In this document: piece after piece, positions 25,181 through 40,033 of the stretch | Layout: every line of letters starts with the position of its first letter | Numbering within the stretch: the first letter of the stretch is position 1 | Source of the DNA: Chara braunii | Taxonomy: Eukaryota > Plantae > Charophyceae | DNA length: 64,000 nt | Reading direction: 5' to 3' | Assembly (NCBI GenBank): GCA_003427395.1 | Contig: BFEA01000023.1 | Location: forward strand, 982,040 to 1,046,039 | Position numbers and translations under genes: made by a program | The notes under the pieces: model-generated | The model's input: only the letters and a program-made list of their open reading frames with translations | What the model was told of the DNA's origin: nothing | The model's database searches: none

Positions 25181-26178
25181 AACATGCGGAGTCCACCCTT
25201 GTTTCTATTTGTATGGGAAGTAATGTTGCCTTTTTTCCAAAGGGAAAAAAAAAGAAAGACCCCTTTTGGCATTGGGAGAAGAGGAGCGAGAGGACAACCG
25301 GTAGCATCAGGGACCATGCCAACAGGACCAATCCCTGTGCCTCCCCTCAGGTCCCCTACCCTACTAACATCAGCAGACTGCTCAATGCCCCCGCATGTTC
25401 TCTCATGAACACCGTTCTGGCTGCTACGGTGTTCCCCGTATGACTGTAATTAGTAGTGCTAGGTGGGTAGTGTGAGGTGAGCGAGGGGTAAGGAGGGAGC
25501 TCAGATGGTTAGGCATACAAGTGGCACTCAGGAGGCCCCATAACAGCCTGCGGCGCACTTACTGCCAACCAGCGGTGATAGTCCCCTTGGTACCTCTGAT
25601 CGGTATTAGTAGGGTCCTTGGATAGGAGGATCCTTGGCCAACATGGGTGTGAGTGCTAGTGTGAGTGGGTTGCCTGTGGTGTGTGGGAGAGTGTTGGCCT
25701 TAGACACTGCGGTTATTCGGTTGGGGGTGGTGGACTATGAAAAGGGAGGGGCATGGTGGACTATGAAAAGGGAGGGGCAGCTACTGGCAAAATGCTGCGT
25801 CCTTGCATAAGCCGGAGCCCCACCGGCGGCCCCACCCCGTCCTTGACCACTGCCATGGTTTGGGGGGGGGGAGGGGCAACACACATCCCCTCTGATGGCT
25901 GGAGGGCGACAACAAAGCTATGTTCGCAGGGGTCCCCTGTATAAGCCTTAGGAGTAGTGGCAGGTAGGTAGTGAAGGTGAATTGAATGAAAGAATTTGAA
26001 AAATGATGAAAGATTTGAGAGAAGAATATAGGGTCGTTTGAAAAAAAAAGAAAGAAAAGAAAAAATGGAGACTCTGAGGTGAATTGATTGAAAAAAAGGA
26101 GAGGTTGACATGGCGTTCTTTTAATTTGTTTTTTTCTTTGCCCAAGGGAAACCGCGTCCTTCGGATACAATACAAATC

Positions 26179-26246
26179 GTCCTTCGGAATATCCGTTAAA
26201 ACTGGAACGATACAAAAAAAATGACACGCGTCAATCGACAAATGGT
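26179..26246 (+). pseudogene. U6: Degenerate, internally deleted U6 snRNA copy with A-rich tail
   Basis: gtccttcggaatatccgttaaaactggaacgataca...atgacacgcgtcaatcgacaaatggt; the central ISL region is missing; an extra 5' hairpin copy lies at 26156. Confidence 0.7.
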
Positions 26247-27570
26247 AAAAAAAAACAAAAAAAAAACAGATCTACGAATGCTTCCAAAAACCAAAAAACT
26301 AGGAGTGCCACGTAGGTGTCACTATTTTCCTTCGTAGTCATGTGCTCAGCGGAGTGTTTTTGTTTGTTTCCAATTCAGCTCTCAGAAATACTAAAGCCAA
26401 TGGTAAGAGCCTTAGCTCTTCTGTGGCAGGGAGAATCTGCCTGTTCCCGCCAGGTCCCGCCTGTTCCCGCCTGTTCCCGCCTGTTGCCACCTGTTCCCAC
26501 CTGTTCCCGCCTCAACCTCCTAGCCAACGGCTAGGCCTGCCGTCTTGCACAGATGTCACGCAGCCATATCCGTACAACTGGAGTGATCGCACGCCTTGTA
26601 ACTCTTGTGGCATCGACACACCACGCGAGAAATGTGCAAAATGAGAATGAACTTGCTCCTAGAACAAGGCCAGATGCCCGGGCCACGTTTTTGTCTTTTT
26701 CACATTTCGAGAGTGGTGTGGCGAGGCGCTTAGTTTGGCGCGTTCTTTCTGTCCCGACTGGTTTGTTTCTTGTGTCTTTTGGAAGTGTCCACCCTGCTGT
26801 GTTGGAAGAGGAGTACTCTTTGCTTGTGGTTATCATTTATGTAGCTCAGAAGCCTCCCTCCATGAACGTACTTCCATCGCTCCTCTTCTCCCAATGCCAA
26901 AAGGGGTCTTTCTTTTTTTTTTTTCCCTTTGGAAAAAGGGTCTTTCGGATACTGGCCGGCGGGCGACAGGCAAAGGAGGGAACATTACGTCCCATACAAT
27001 ACAAATAAATATATATAGCTGGTCGTGACGATTACGGAATTCACTCGCACTGGTTAATCGCTGGGGCGGGAGGGAGTGAACATTGACACTCTAGGCGCGT
27101 TGGTGGCGCCGATCGCTGAGTTTACTCTGAGAACTTCCATAGGCGCCTGTGTTTTCTCGTGGTTCCTGCGGCACGTGCTCCCTCTACCACTATTTGTTAT
27201 AGGATTTTGCTTGCCGATTACGGACGAACGCGGACCTGGCCATTGCACGACATCTTGGCATTCCTCCATTTGCCCAGGTCAGCTGTCACAATTCCGGAGA
27301 CCAAGTGGTGTGCTTACAATTGTCCGAAGGCGGTGCCACGTGCTGGGAAGGAAAACCACTTAAGCGGTTGACGTGTAGATTCCGAAAGGCGTCTGCTGGA
27401 CGGAAAAGCACAGATCCCCACCACGTGTAACAATTGCAAAGACGAATTCAATTTCGCGGTAAGTTGCGCGTAAGCAAGACAGAATCGAAAATGTTTATAT
27501 AACCAAACATTTCTTTCTTCCAAACGAGCATCTGCACGTGCGTGCTTTCTGTCTGCGTGCGTGCGTGCCT

Positions 27571-27643
<73 letters not shown>

Positions 27644-28562
27644 TGTGTGTTTGTGTTTGTGTCTGTGTGTGTGTGCTTGTGTGTGTGTGTGGGTGTGCTT
27701 GTGTGTGTGTGCGTGTGTGTGTGTGTAAGGAATGATTTTTCTCTGTACAAGCAACAGAATAAAGAAACAGGTCCTGCATCACCAGCCAATTTTCTGAATT
27801 GGCCTACGTCAGAATGTTTCAGGTGCGGGGGCCTGGTGCATTGTCTGTCAGCTTTAAGCCACAGCCGCAGGGAGTTGACTCGGTTCAAGGGAATGCCGAA
27901 ATGCCTGCCACTCGTTGGGTTCGAGAGGCCCTTGAGTTGGTTGCTTAGATGCTTCTTCTTTTCATGACTTGTCCATTCTCTCCTTCGAAGGGATTGATCC
28001 GGTGGCCGAGCGAATGTTTGATCTCTCGATTGTGTCGCTGATTGACTCGGATTGCGTACGTATGTGAGATCTCTCGGCTTGCGAACCCAATCGTTAGCCG
28101 TGGAGCTTAATGCGCGCTCCATATTGGCGCAGGCGTTTGCATGACTTGTCCGTACTCTTGTGAGTTGATGATCGTACGGAATTGTTACCTATGTATGCTC
28201 TGAGAGTCTGAGGTTGGACCGGGAATGGCGTGCGGGCTGCAAATTAGGGGAACCTGTAAAAGGACTTGGGAGGCGGAATGTGTTGTAAGGGTGAGATGAC
28301 TGTTTGTGACCGTTTTCGTTTCCGTTTTGCAGGCCGCTACCTTTGCAAGCAGGAGAGGGGAGGGGAGGGGAGGGGAGGGGCAGGTCCGTTTTTGAATTGT
28401 CGAAGAGCTCCATCGTTGCAGGTTGACGGCGACATATCGTGACGGTCCTCGTGGCGGAAGCTCTCCTGTAGGGGCTCCTGCAGGTATCGGGCTCCCGTTG
28501 CTTGCTCTAGTTGTCTACAGCCCAAGGCCTTGGAGCGCCTAAGTGAGGCGAGGACGAGTACT

Positions 28563-30051
28563 ATGGGGTCGAGCAGGCGTTTCCTAGTAGCGGCCATCGC
28601 CGTATTAGCCCTGGCTTGCTTCCACGTCGGCGGAGCGAGGGGTTTCAACATTGGCAGCATTTGCAATCCGCTCCTGTCGGCTCGGGGTCCGTGGATAAAT
28701 GGTCATTCCACCTTCTACGATGACTATGGTCGCGGCGGAGCTTGTGGCTATGGCAGACTCGGAAGTCAGCTGTATGGGACCCGATTTGCTGCGGGTTCGC
28801 CGAGAGTGTACTTGGGAGGATTGGCGTGCGGAATGTGCTTGGAGGTCCGATGTGTCGGCAGCAGAGCCTGCAGACGCTCTAGCGTCCGTCTCACGATCAC
28901 CGACTTGTGCCCCCCTGGCTACCCCAACACGCAATGGTGCGGTGGAGGAAAGGTGAGAGATTCTGAAGCTCTTCTTCCGAATCGTGTGCATACAAATTAC
29001 TAGTAAGCTGTGCGTATCACCCACCCCCCATCTAATGAACGGACAATTAACGAGTTTTCTGGCCGTCTGTCTATTGCAATTTGCAACCCTTCGCCATCAA
29101 TGCCACCTCTGATCTCGTCTCTCTCTCTCTCTCAGCTATCGGTATTTCTTTTTGTAGGTACTATGTTCTCGTTTTTTTTCTGTTCTGTAGTAATTTTGAG
29201 ATCGAACCCTCATGGTCGCCGGCAGGCATCCTTGTGACCTTGAGATGGACATCGCTTGCGTATGTCCGTGATAGATGCTGAGTTGCGTGAGTACGAGTTT
29301 TTTCGGGTCTTGCCGAATGCTCGTGTGAACGGAACAGTCTTTTCTGACATTCTGTACCTCGGGGATGACGAAGCTGTCAGATTGAAGTGAAACTACAAGT
29401 CCGAGTCATCGATCTATGTACTTGAGATGGGTGACACGCTTGCGTATGTCCTTACTACTCCTTAGTATGATCTACACTGGGCAGTAATGGTCAGGAAAGG
29501 TTCTCCCAAATCACTGTCTCATGCCGAATCGTAGTCTTGCGCAATGATTTTTCTCTTTGTCCTTTTTTTATGAATGAGTAAAACGAAAAAAAACAAAGGT
29601 GGCTGTTTGACCCTGGGTAAATAATGTGCATCATCCTCTGTGTCTCTGTTTGCAGATTCACTTGGACATCGGGAAAAACGCTTTCCCCGTCATCGCGGAT
29701 CCGAGGGCGGGACACGTGCCTATCCAGTTCCGTACCGTGCCTTGCGCCCCGTACAAGGTCCTGAAGCTAAGTCTGAGAGGTCACAGATGGTGGCTCGAGG
29801 TCACGGCGCTGGCCATTCCCGGGAGCGGAAGAGTATTGAAGATGGAGGTTGCCGGGAGGGGCGGTCGCTGGGTGAGCCTGAAGCGCGCATTTGGAGCTGC
29901 TTGGGCCACTGCAGGGGCGACTCTACAGACGCCTATCTCAGTCCGTATTTCCATATTCGGAAAGTTGTGCAAGCTCATTGCCAAGGACTGCATCAAGGGA
30001 CAGATCTACAACGGAAGGCAGCTTAGCTGCGCATACTTCGTGGGGTACTGA
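28563..30051 (+). CDS. Alpha-expansin-like protein, copy 2; exons 28563-28952 and 29656-30051, 261 aa
   Basis: Same motifs and same exon lengths (390+396 nt) as copy 1; GT..AG intron of 703 bp; no stops or frameshifts. Confidence 0.93.
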
Positions 30052-30525
30052 GGAACACCCTCCCCTCCGCCCGAGCTTGTTTCCCCTGCTCAAGGCTGTG
30101 GATTGCCTCTTGTGGGCGGGCGGATGGGATGAGGAGGTGCTGCCATGGACTGCGCACAGGACTGCGGAGGTCCAGGTGAACAACGAACTGTGTTCTTGTT
30201 GCAATAATGGAGCTGTGTTCTAGTAGGAAATTGTTTGTAAATTGTAATTAAGGTTAGCAAGTGGGTAAAGCGTCCATTTTTAGGACTTCAGTCGCCGTCA
30301 GGACTTCCTATGACATCCAGGATCGATAACCCCGAGGGTTATGGATCACGGTATGCGTGAGGGAAGGGGGAAGAGTGTTTACAAAGCACCGATGGGTCGA
30401 TTCGTGGCTAAGGCCAAGTTCTACTGTCCGTGGTCCGCTAGGAGATTGAACGCCGGTCGCAAGCCCGACGGGATGGATGGAAAACGCCAAGAGATCGGAA
30501 GGATCAAATGGGCTTGAAATTTATT

Positions 30526-30581
<56 letters not shown>

Positions 30582-30582
30582 N

Positions 30583-30675
<93 letters not shown>

Positions 30676-32841
30676 CTGTGTGTTTGTCTTCTCTTACTCA
30701 CGGCTGAAAGCTCCTGCTGATCACGTGGTTGCTTCGACGTTCGAAGGACGCAGACCAAGCCGCAGTCCACGGCCGAAAGCTCCTGCTGATCACGTGGGGA
30801 TGGGGCTCGTACGTTGTAGCCGTGACTCTCCCGTGAGCCTTGAGTTCCTGATTCCGTCTCTGTTTCTGCTCTTAGGTTCATCCTTCCTGTGAGCCATCTT
30901 CCGCGAAAGCCGTTCTACGTCACAGTCCACTGCGCAGTACGCCGTTCCAGTCAAGCATTTTTTCGGATTCGGATACGCTGGACAGTGCCAGGACTTGCTT
31001 GCTTTGCGGCAGCTTCTGAGGTGTGTGTCGGGACATAGCACAGCTTTCCGGCCGTCTATGGTGTAGAAAGGTCCGTGCGGTCAGACACACTGCGGTACTA
31101 TAGGGGTAACAGGCCCTGAGGTCTCGAAATGGTGCAGGCCTTCTTTGCCTTCAGTCTGAGGGCAAGGGCGTTCTTGTCCAGAACCGTCGTGATTCTTGTT
31201 CTCTAGGTTGCGGAAGGAGCTTGGGATCTGTGAGCCGTATGTAGTGGGGTTAAAAGACTTCGGTGTGTATTGTGTGACTACTCTATTCTACGACTCGTCA
31301 GGCCAAGTGCATCAAATGGAGCCGTCGACTTGGTACGGGGTGATGGCAGAGATTGGCAGTCTAACTTCGCCCCCAACGACGGGTCGGCATTGTGTGAATT
31401 TGTGTCCCCGTCACTGAGCAGCAGCTTAGACGGCGTTTCGATTTTCATTCCTTGAGAGACAAGCCCGGTTTAGGGCCGCATTTTTTAGGGGATCGATGAG
31501 GAGAAAAGAAATGAGGGCATCGCCAATGAAGGGGAGGGCGACTGTAGTATAGCGACAACCCTGTCCCATGCTGTGGCAGGGATACGGCCGGTAATTCACC
31601 GGGCATGGCTTGTAAGATGAGGCAGTTGCGTCGTGTTGTCCATTGCTGACAAATGTTGATATTATTGAGCCTTCGAATTCAATTTGGAACAATGTCGTCG
31701 TGCATCCCAGGCGTGCTGTGGATCGGGTGGTATGTTATGACGAAGTGTACGGACCAACTTCCAATAGTGAGTGGAGATGGAAATGGGAGTGGCGGGTGTG
31801 CTACCGGCAGTTCGGCGGCGGAGGGGGTTATCTCCATCACAGGGTTTCTCCATCTATGAGAAGCTGGTAACCAGCGAACAGGCGGGAATGGGCTATGGAA
31901 GAGATGAGGATAGGGATGCGAGATAACAGTGGGGCCTTTTTTTTTTCTATGGGGCTTTTGACAGTTGCACACGGAGTCCCGTGAAATATGACGATCGATC
32001 CAAGCTATAGATCGCCAGTTCACAGTCGGCAATTGTCGAGAAGAAGTGCGCGTAATTGCTGCAAAACAAACCTGGCGGGGTGGGCTGTGATTGTGGATGT
32101 CGTACCGACACGTACGGTAACCCCCAAAGCAGAGAGCAACCTATATATACCTCGACGATTCACTCCAGTTAGGAGCATCAAGCATGCACCCAGCAGATGT
32201 ACATTAGCAGAGATAGAATCATTTAGAATGTGCTGTGTCACTGTGTGCTTGTGGAGGAGGGCACTCGGGGTGCCGTAATTTTTCACTTGCTCTTTTGGTA
32301 GTAACTGCTCTTAGCCACATTTGCCAATTGCGGGCGCTGCCAGACCTCGATTTTGTTAGCCCGTTCGCGGTGTGAATTTTTAGCAGTAGTGGGTGACGAA
32401 TTTGGTGTTTTGCATATCAGAGCGCGCAACGGGAAATCAGAAAGTTTTCCCCGTTTGCATGCAAGAGAAACAAAAAGTTAAAAACACAGTTGTTAGAAAA
32501 ACAGCATCTTTGAAATAGTAGCGGTATTTTCTTGTTTCCTTTTTCTTCTGGCAGTTACTACTGCTTGCCAGTGTTTGGCAACATTTGCCAAACTGAGTCC
32601 CAAGCACTGCCAGACCTCAATTTTGTTAGTGGGTTCCTGGTGTGAATCTTCAGCAGTAGCGGGTGAGGAATCTGGCTGTTCTATGTATTAGACAAGGTAA
32701 GGGCAAATGACAATTTTTCTTGGAGATGTAGGCAAGAGAAACAACAAAAACAAAAGAACAGTTCTTCAAAAAAAAGCGCACCTTTGACACTTCCTTTCAC
32801 CTCGTTCGTAGTCTCGTAGACTCCATTGCTGTCCAAGGCTG

Positions 32842-32929
<88 letters not shown>

Positions 32930-35530
32930 NCCTCCCTCCCTCCCTCCCTCCCTCCCTCCCTCGGAGCCTTCAAGGGCGAATTTAGGAACTGTAATGACCC
33001 ACCAGAACACAGACTGAGAACACTGCTGATTTCTGAGCTCTGCCGCTGGAATGGATTCCTTGCTGAGATTCCTGCGTTCTTCTGAGTTTTCTAAGTATGT
33101 GTGTGTGTGCGTGTTTGATGGTCTGCATGATCGTCTGAGTGCTGCTTGGCCTGAGTGTGTGTGTGACCAGCAGGGGTACTTGCTTGTTTGAAGGCCCGTA
33201 GGGCCAGTACTTACCTGTGGCGGTGACATTGAGGGTTGAAGGGGGGGGGAAACACTCATGTGGTGGGCAGGAGGCCTGCGACACTCAGGGCAGCGGAAAA
33301 ACACTCAAGTAGCAGGTAGGCCTGTACCACACCAAGCAGAAGTAGATGTGCCGGGTACTTGAGGCCGAGCAGAAGAAGACAAAGTTGGCATTTTTAGAGA
33401 CCCATTAGTTGTAGGCTAGGTCTAGGCGGGTACCAGTCCTACCAGTCTGAGTCTAGGGCCTGTACGGGCAATATCAGAGTCTGCAATGATGTTTCCCTCC
33501 GAAAGGGAGGAGGTACTGCTTGCTTGGGAGGCTGAGCGGCCTGGACGTCACCGCCCAAGATGCTAGTGGGCCGCTATATCCTCCGACTGAGCCAAGAGCT
33601 CAGCCTCATTCTTCGGTGTGCAAGTTTGGGGACACACTGCTTGGAGCGTTGGCTGGAGGAGTGCTGGGCACTTCAGCGCTGCTGGGAGCGAGAGCTCCCA
33701 CCTCGGCTATGGTGGATCTCTGGCGGTAGAAGGAGGGAGAGGAGTACTGAGGAGGAGAGTGGCGAGGTGGCTACCTGGGTATGGTGGACACCATCTTCAT
33801 CACCTTGTTAGGCGCTACATCTGGAAGGCCCCAGTTGGGGTAGTGCCACACCGAGGAAGCTCGAGGCAGAGTCAGGCATGGCGGCCTGATGAGCAGCAAC
33901 ATAGGTGCTTTCAAGTGCTTTGTGTTGTCCTTTGGACAAGAGGGCCGAGCTCTTAGTAGTCCGCCATAGCCTTGGCCTACATGAAGAGGAAGAGGAAGGG
34001 TGGTCATGGCTATGGTGGTCCTCACGTTGTACTGGCACTGCCTGCAGTAGAAGAGGGATTCGGATATTGATTGGAGTTCGTCGGGCCAGTGCCGGGAAAG
34101 TCCTGCGCCGACGATTAAGTGACCGGACCCTAGCGAGCGCGAGAAATAACGGTTGCCATAGCTTCTTTCTTGTTCTGCTATGTGCACTAGGAATTTTGGC
34201 GTGATTAGCGTGCGGGAGTTTTCAATTTTGAAATTCGAACTAATGTCGAGCCCCTGGAGGCTCTTGGAATTGTTTTTGGAATTTTCTCTTGCAATTACGA
34301 TTTAGATTAGGAATTTAGGCACCTTGCAATTTGGCGGCACGGGGCTTCTTGCTTGCATGCACCGTGCCCCAACAGGGTCTGGGCTCTGATTCTGTCCGCG
34401 CTTTAATCCTGTGTGTAACTGTAGTTTTTGGCGGGCGCAATCGCAACTGTAATCTTCTTGTTCTTGATGGCTTTCGTATTATTTTTCTTTCCCGCCTCGT
34501 CTTCGCTTACACGCTCTTCCTCTATTCTAAGTGGTTCCCACGGTTGCATGTCCGGATCGATGTGCGGAGAGCGGCTTCGTCCCCCACGCTGCGGCTTGGA
34601 CGTACAGATGTAGGCACTCCCTCTTTGTCTCTTTCTCATCACTCGGTGCTAATCCCGTATCCCTCGCGCAAGCATGCACGCTATAAATTTTGCAAGCGTG
34701 ATTAGTTCGCTCTCTAAGAACCTTGAGGTGAGCGCGATCAGTGAGGGTCGGCTAACGAGCAAGTTTTGGAAGGTGAGCAAGCATGAGAGTTGGGCAATCC
34801 GACGAGCTGGTGCTGAGTGCGCGGGGTTGACGTGTGGTCGCGATGGACTGCGGCACGTGGGCAAACCTGGCTTGCACACTCAGGCCAAGCGGGGTGACGA
34901 CTCTGTGTAGCTTGGGAGATGCCGGGCAACAGACCGCCCGCATTGAGAGAAGAAAGAAAGAGAGTGAGAGAGAGCGAGACGGGGATATGGTGGAACAGTG
35001 TCTTCTTCTCCCAACCTTCTATGTAAAGTTTTGATTCCAACGTTGGTCGATGTTGTTGCCGCACTTTCGGATTTCTTGTGTAAATCATCTCGGACTATCT
35101 GCTTTGGGTGTACGTATGCATGAGGATGAATGAACGCGCGCCCCTCTTTACTTTTTGTTGCCCCCAATCTCAAATCTTCTGTCCAACCACTTGTTTTGAG
35201 TCAGGGTGAACGGGTTATTTGGATGCCCAAAACTAACTCTGCCCTCTTTTCGGTGTGAGCATGAATGTACTGATAGCCAGTGATTGGTTCTGTCTGAGAT
35301 TTGGATAACAGTTGCATAGAAGGTCTGCAAGCATATAGGACAAACCGACACGCAAGTAAATCATTGGTAACCCACTCACACGTGGTCTTTGATCCGATCG
35401 ACCGGCGCATGCGCACGCATGCGTCAAACAGCCGCCCACAGAGGTGACCTGCAGCCTACACATGCACGTGTAAGAGCCGACCCGATCCCACTGGTCGAAG
35501 ATGCCTGCGCCGAATTCCGCTAAATAGGAT

Positions 35531-36111
35531 ATGGCGATTGAAACTCCCTTTTGGATTACCGACCGTGAGAGCCTGAGAGATCCGGAATACCGAGCGTATT
35601 GGGAAAGGGAACAAGTCAGATGGCAACAAGCTAGACGCAACGAAACTCGCGGAATCCTGAGTACCCCTGCCGAACTGGAAATGAGCAACTGTACAGAGGC
35701 AATTTCTAGTTGGCCATTAATCGAGACTTGCGGATCCTGGATTATCCCGATAACCGAAGCCAGCATTACCTTCTAACCCCAGGCTTCGTGGCCATCACCA
35801 CTTGTTTCCCTCCCTATTATGTTGTCCTCCCGTATCACCAACTACTCGCCGTCCCTTGGGAGTCCATAGCCCAGTTCTGGCCCCGACCGTCGTGCTTAGA
35901 GTGTCAGCAGCACGACGGGCACTGTCCGGCGGGGATCACTCGACGAACCCGTCCCGAAACGAAACAACGGGAGCACAGCTCATCCTCCTCAGCCTCGGAG
36001 ACCTGCGCCGGTCGACAGCGGTACGAGCATTCCCACTGGGACGCCCTCGGCGCCCCACCCGAACGCCATATGCGGATCAGGCCGCAAGATCGGTCATCAC
36101 CCCAACTCTGA
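35531..36111 (+). pseudogene. LTR-embedded ORF of LTR D (one frameshift near 35710)
   Basis: MAIETPFWITDRESLRDPEYRAYW... then LLTPGFVAITTCFPPYYVVLPYHQLLAVPWESIAQFWPRPSCLEC. Confidence 0.6.
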
Positions 36112-36275
36112 ACCGAAAGAGACACTTGCACGTCTATCCCTGGAACTTGACACAGGAGATTTCAGTTCCGACCTGGAACTCCACCCCCACTTTCCTAAAA
36201 TCCTTGGCACACCCCTTTTTGCACTTCCAGGCCCACCAACACTCGGAAAGCAGGAAGTCGCGCTGGGTGTGAGTT

Positions 36276-36288
36276 TGGTATCGGAGCC
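36276..36288 (+). promoter_or_regulatory. Primer-binding site, tRNA-iMet type
   Basis: TGGTATCGGAGCC, 12/13 to TGGTATCAGAGCC, between LTR and gag. Confidence 0.85.
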
Positions 36289-36452
36289 GACAAGTGTCAA
36301 GACCCGGGATTGGCAAAGGGCTCGGCTCTTTCAAACTCAACCGACCTGGCGATTCCTAAAAGGGGACGGTCTGCGACTCCGTGCCAAGGAACACGTCGAC
36401 ACGCGAACCTATCGTAACAAGAATCCGGTTTGCAGGCAGATCAACTGACAAC

Positions 36453-37512
36453 ATGAATGTCAATCAGGCCAACGCTAATCAAGCGCAGGCTCACCAGGCA
36501 TAGGGAGGGGCAGGTGGTGGCCCAGTACTCGCCCCCCAGCCCGCACCTCAGCCTGCACGTGTTCGTGCTCCGTCAGCCCGTCAAATTTGTACTTGTTTGA
36601 CCCGGCGCACCACCTGGCAGGAGCCTGGCTGGCCACGCTCCGAGCACATCAGTACGATAACGATGAGGCAAGGATTAACTTCCCCTCGAATCTATCGCGA
36701 AATACCGCAGCCGATTCTATCGATTATTCGTAAAATCCCAGAGGGATGGAAAGGTAGGTACAAACTCCTTCATAGATGGACTTCAAAGTAGAGCTATACA
36801 AGCCAAGTTGCGAAAACAGTTCTCCCCCATTACCTTCACCATGACACAGATCATGGATGCAGTCGAGGAAATGGAGCGAAAATTCGCTGCCAGTTTCCTC
36901 GAAGGAGAAGATCACGCTAAAGAGGGGGATTCAACGGAACTTACCAGAGCAAGGATGGAATTAGCAGCACTCCAGCACAAGCTTGAAAACATGGGCTTTG
37001 TAACAGGCCCCGTCACCTATTTGGAACAGGTGGCGACCCAACGACCTTCTCCCGGCCAAGCACCAAGATCATAGGTGGCAAGAACACATGCTCAGACCCC
37101 TGCGCCGGCGGGTAAGCCAGACGATTTAAATGGAATTCTAGACCTTACACGTACCTTAGTTAATCTTATGCAGGAAAGCAAGAAGGAGCAGCACAAGTAT
37201 AATGCCCGCATGGAGTCACTGATGTGCTCCATGCGCCCCATTAAAAATGGCATTAATGTTCGCACCACCCTGTTCCCTGCCGGAGATCCTGTTGCAGCAG
37301 CAGCAGTAGGAGCGGGTGTAGGTACGGCCCCCAGAACGGACACGTGTTACGCGTGTCACCTGCCTAGACACATGGCAAGGGACTGCCCCGAGATGCAAGT
37401 ACAAATAGGAGCAGCCCCAGCCGCGGCGGCACCCCTGGCTAATGGACCAGGCCGAGGAGGAACGATGGTGGAAGAGACAAACGGAGCGATGGCCACTAAG
37501 CCGTGGAACTAA
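36453..37512 (+). pseudogene. gag: gag remnant with CCHC zinc knuckle
   Basis: CYACHLPRHMARDC (CX2CX4HX4C); several stops. Confidence 0.75.
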
Positions 37513-37911
37513 TCCCCCTTGATCAGTTTATATCGTTAGGATATCCAGTACTGGGTATGATTGGGGCGATTCGACCGGCAGACGAGGAACGAGAAGTCCC
37601 GGAATGGAGACCATCCTCTGGTGAGATGGAATCCGGCGGCCCTACGTTCATCATTGGAAAGATCGATGTACTCGACATCGTTCGAGCGCTAGATCACCAC
37701 ATCCCACTCCCAGTTGGACATCCGCTATCCATATCGAAATAAGCTAACGATCGTATGCTCCAGCATTGCAAGACTAACTGAAAACGATTCGCACTTGCCA
37801 AGCTGGCAGCAGTCAAAGGGAAATCCCCCGTTAAAATAACGAAACCAGACGTACCCGGACCCTCGGAACCCGTGCGCCTGGGGATTATACAGAAAAGCGA
37901 TCACTTTCTGC

Positions 37912-38396
37912 CTATGAAACACCCGCGGACGCGTCCGCGGGGTCAAGCTCGGAGGGCGGACGTGATCACGGGCGCCGCAGCTCCGGCCGCGGTTGGGTGC
38001 GGCCGCAACTTTGACGAATTTTTTGTGACCTTAAAAATTTATCAAAAAAAAAAACAAAAAAATATGGAGTTGTAGATTTTTTGGAGATCTAAATTGCGCA
38101 ATTTTTTATTTTATTTTTTTACTTTGTGTTCGAATTTTAACAATTCAAAAACTAATTTTTCTTAGGCAAAAGCTGTTTGATTGTTTTTTTCCAAAAAACA
38201 AACATGAAATATATGTGATTTTTTATTTTAAATTCAGTAACGTTTTTGGATATGACCACAAGGCAAAAGTTGTTCAGTATAGGTTTCTGCATAACGTTTT
38301 TTTTTCCAGAATGTTTTGATTTTTTTTTTTTTTTTTTTTCATGGCCGCGGACTGTGGACACGTCCGCGGATGGCCGCCGCCAAGGGAGATTCGTAG
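37912..38396. mobile_element. MITE with CTAYGAA termini and 8-bp TSD CTTTCTGC (hAT-like TSD length)
   Basis: ctttctgc|ctatgaaac...gattcgtag|ctttctgc. Related left ends ctatgaatcc at 44827 and 61458. Confidence 0.85.
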
Positions 38397-38442
38397 CTTT
38401 CTGCGCATTTAAACCATTCCGTGGAAATCCGCGGAATGTGAC

Positions 38443-39490
38443 GTGGAAATTTGGGGAGTACCGTATAGCGCGATCATCGATTTCGGAGCGGCCATATTGG
38501 CCATATCCTTGGGAGTAGTAGAGAGGGCGGGACGAAGGAAGCATCTGATCCCGCTCACCGATGTAGACTGCCTGATCTTGGCAGACGAGGAAAAGATCCG
38601 AGCGGTCGGGAGAATGACAAATGTCGCGTTTAGACTAGAGAAAGTTCACGCCTTGGGAGACGTAGTGGTGCTCCGTGTAACCTCGTATGATGTCCTTCTT
38701 GGGCTACCCGCTCTAAACGCCCTCCAGGCCAGCCTGGATTTCGAGCAATGGGTAGTAGTTCTCAAGAACACGGGTGGCAAGCCATATACAATTCCTGTGC
38801 GTCTCACCCTCCGCACAACGGTTAACTCGACACAAGAGATCCAGCTAGGGGTAGTCGGGCCAATCCGAATGACCACATGGGAAAGACAGATGGATGATTT
38901 AGAGACATTCAGCGAGGAACAGATGTCGTTGCTTTCCGAAGATTCAGAGAGTGACGACGAAGCCGACCCCGTGATCCAAGAACCGACACGTAGAGTTACT
39001 AGTTACACGGTTCGACCGAAAAGGACGAAAGCTTTCGTACTTACCGAAGAGAAAACCTGGCGGACTCGGGCCCTGATCATGGGGGAACCGTTGGTACAGG
39101 TGTCGAGACTGCCCGATTCTTCGGAACCCCCTCGGACCCTATACGAGGGCGCCACCCCCCTGCTTCCACGATATGTAGACAAACGATCCTTTTGTGGCGT
39201 CACGGACTTCCTCCCCGATCGCTTCTTACCATGGAAAAGGAGATATGATTGTTACGTCTGGGAGCACAAACACAGGTTCCGGAACCCCCTAGGTGCCCCG
39301 AAGCCTCGCTATTCGAAATCGGAATAATAGTTGTTGAGAAATCAGTAGACCCTCGAGACATTGCGGATGGGATAACCCCTGAAGAAAATGTGGCCATCAG
39401 GGAAGGGGAAGCTCAGATGGTGGCCACTGTGTTGTCCTAGCGGTTGGATAATTCTTTCATCTCTTCCCTGCCGCCCCGAGATACGAAAAC
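38443..39490 (+). pseudogene. Aspartic protease and linker of pol
   Basis: AIIDFGA (degenerate D-S/T-G) and YDVLLGLPAL retropepsin motifs. Confidence 0.75.
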
Positions 39491-39494
39491 AATA

Positions 39495-39836
39495 TCATCA
39501 GCTTCAATAGCAGCAGTATTGTCATCATTATCATTATCACCATGCTCATCATCATCATCAGTAACGAGATTATTCATCACAGTCGCCATTATCAACAACA
39601 TCATCATCACCATCATCTTCATGTTCAACATCAAGGTGGAAAGAACGTGGCAGCGGGAGTGCTGGGCAACAGAAGGACAGAGAGGAGCAACAACATCAGT
39701 ATCAGTATTATCAGCAGCAGTAGCAGCATTTCTGACATCACCGTCATCATTATGCGAATCTTTATTGGTGAGTTATCATCATCTTCATATCATCAGCTTC
39801 ATCATCATCATCATAATCAGTATCATCATCATTATT

Positions 39837-39871
<35 letters not shown>

Positions 39872-39966
39872 TATCTTCATCATCATCGTCAGCATAACTA
39901 TCATACCATCATCATTATCATCATCAATATGAGCATCTTCATTGGTGCGTCATCATCATATTCATC

Positions 39967-40033
<67 letters not shown>

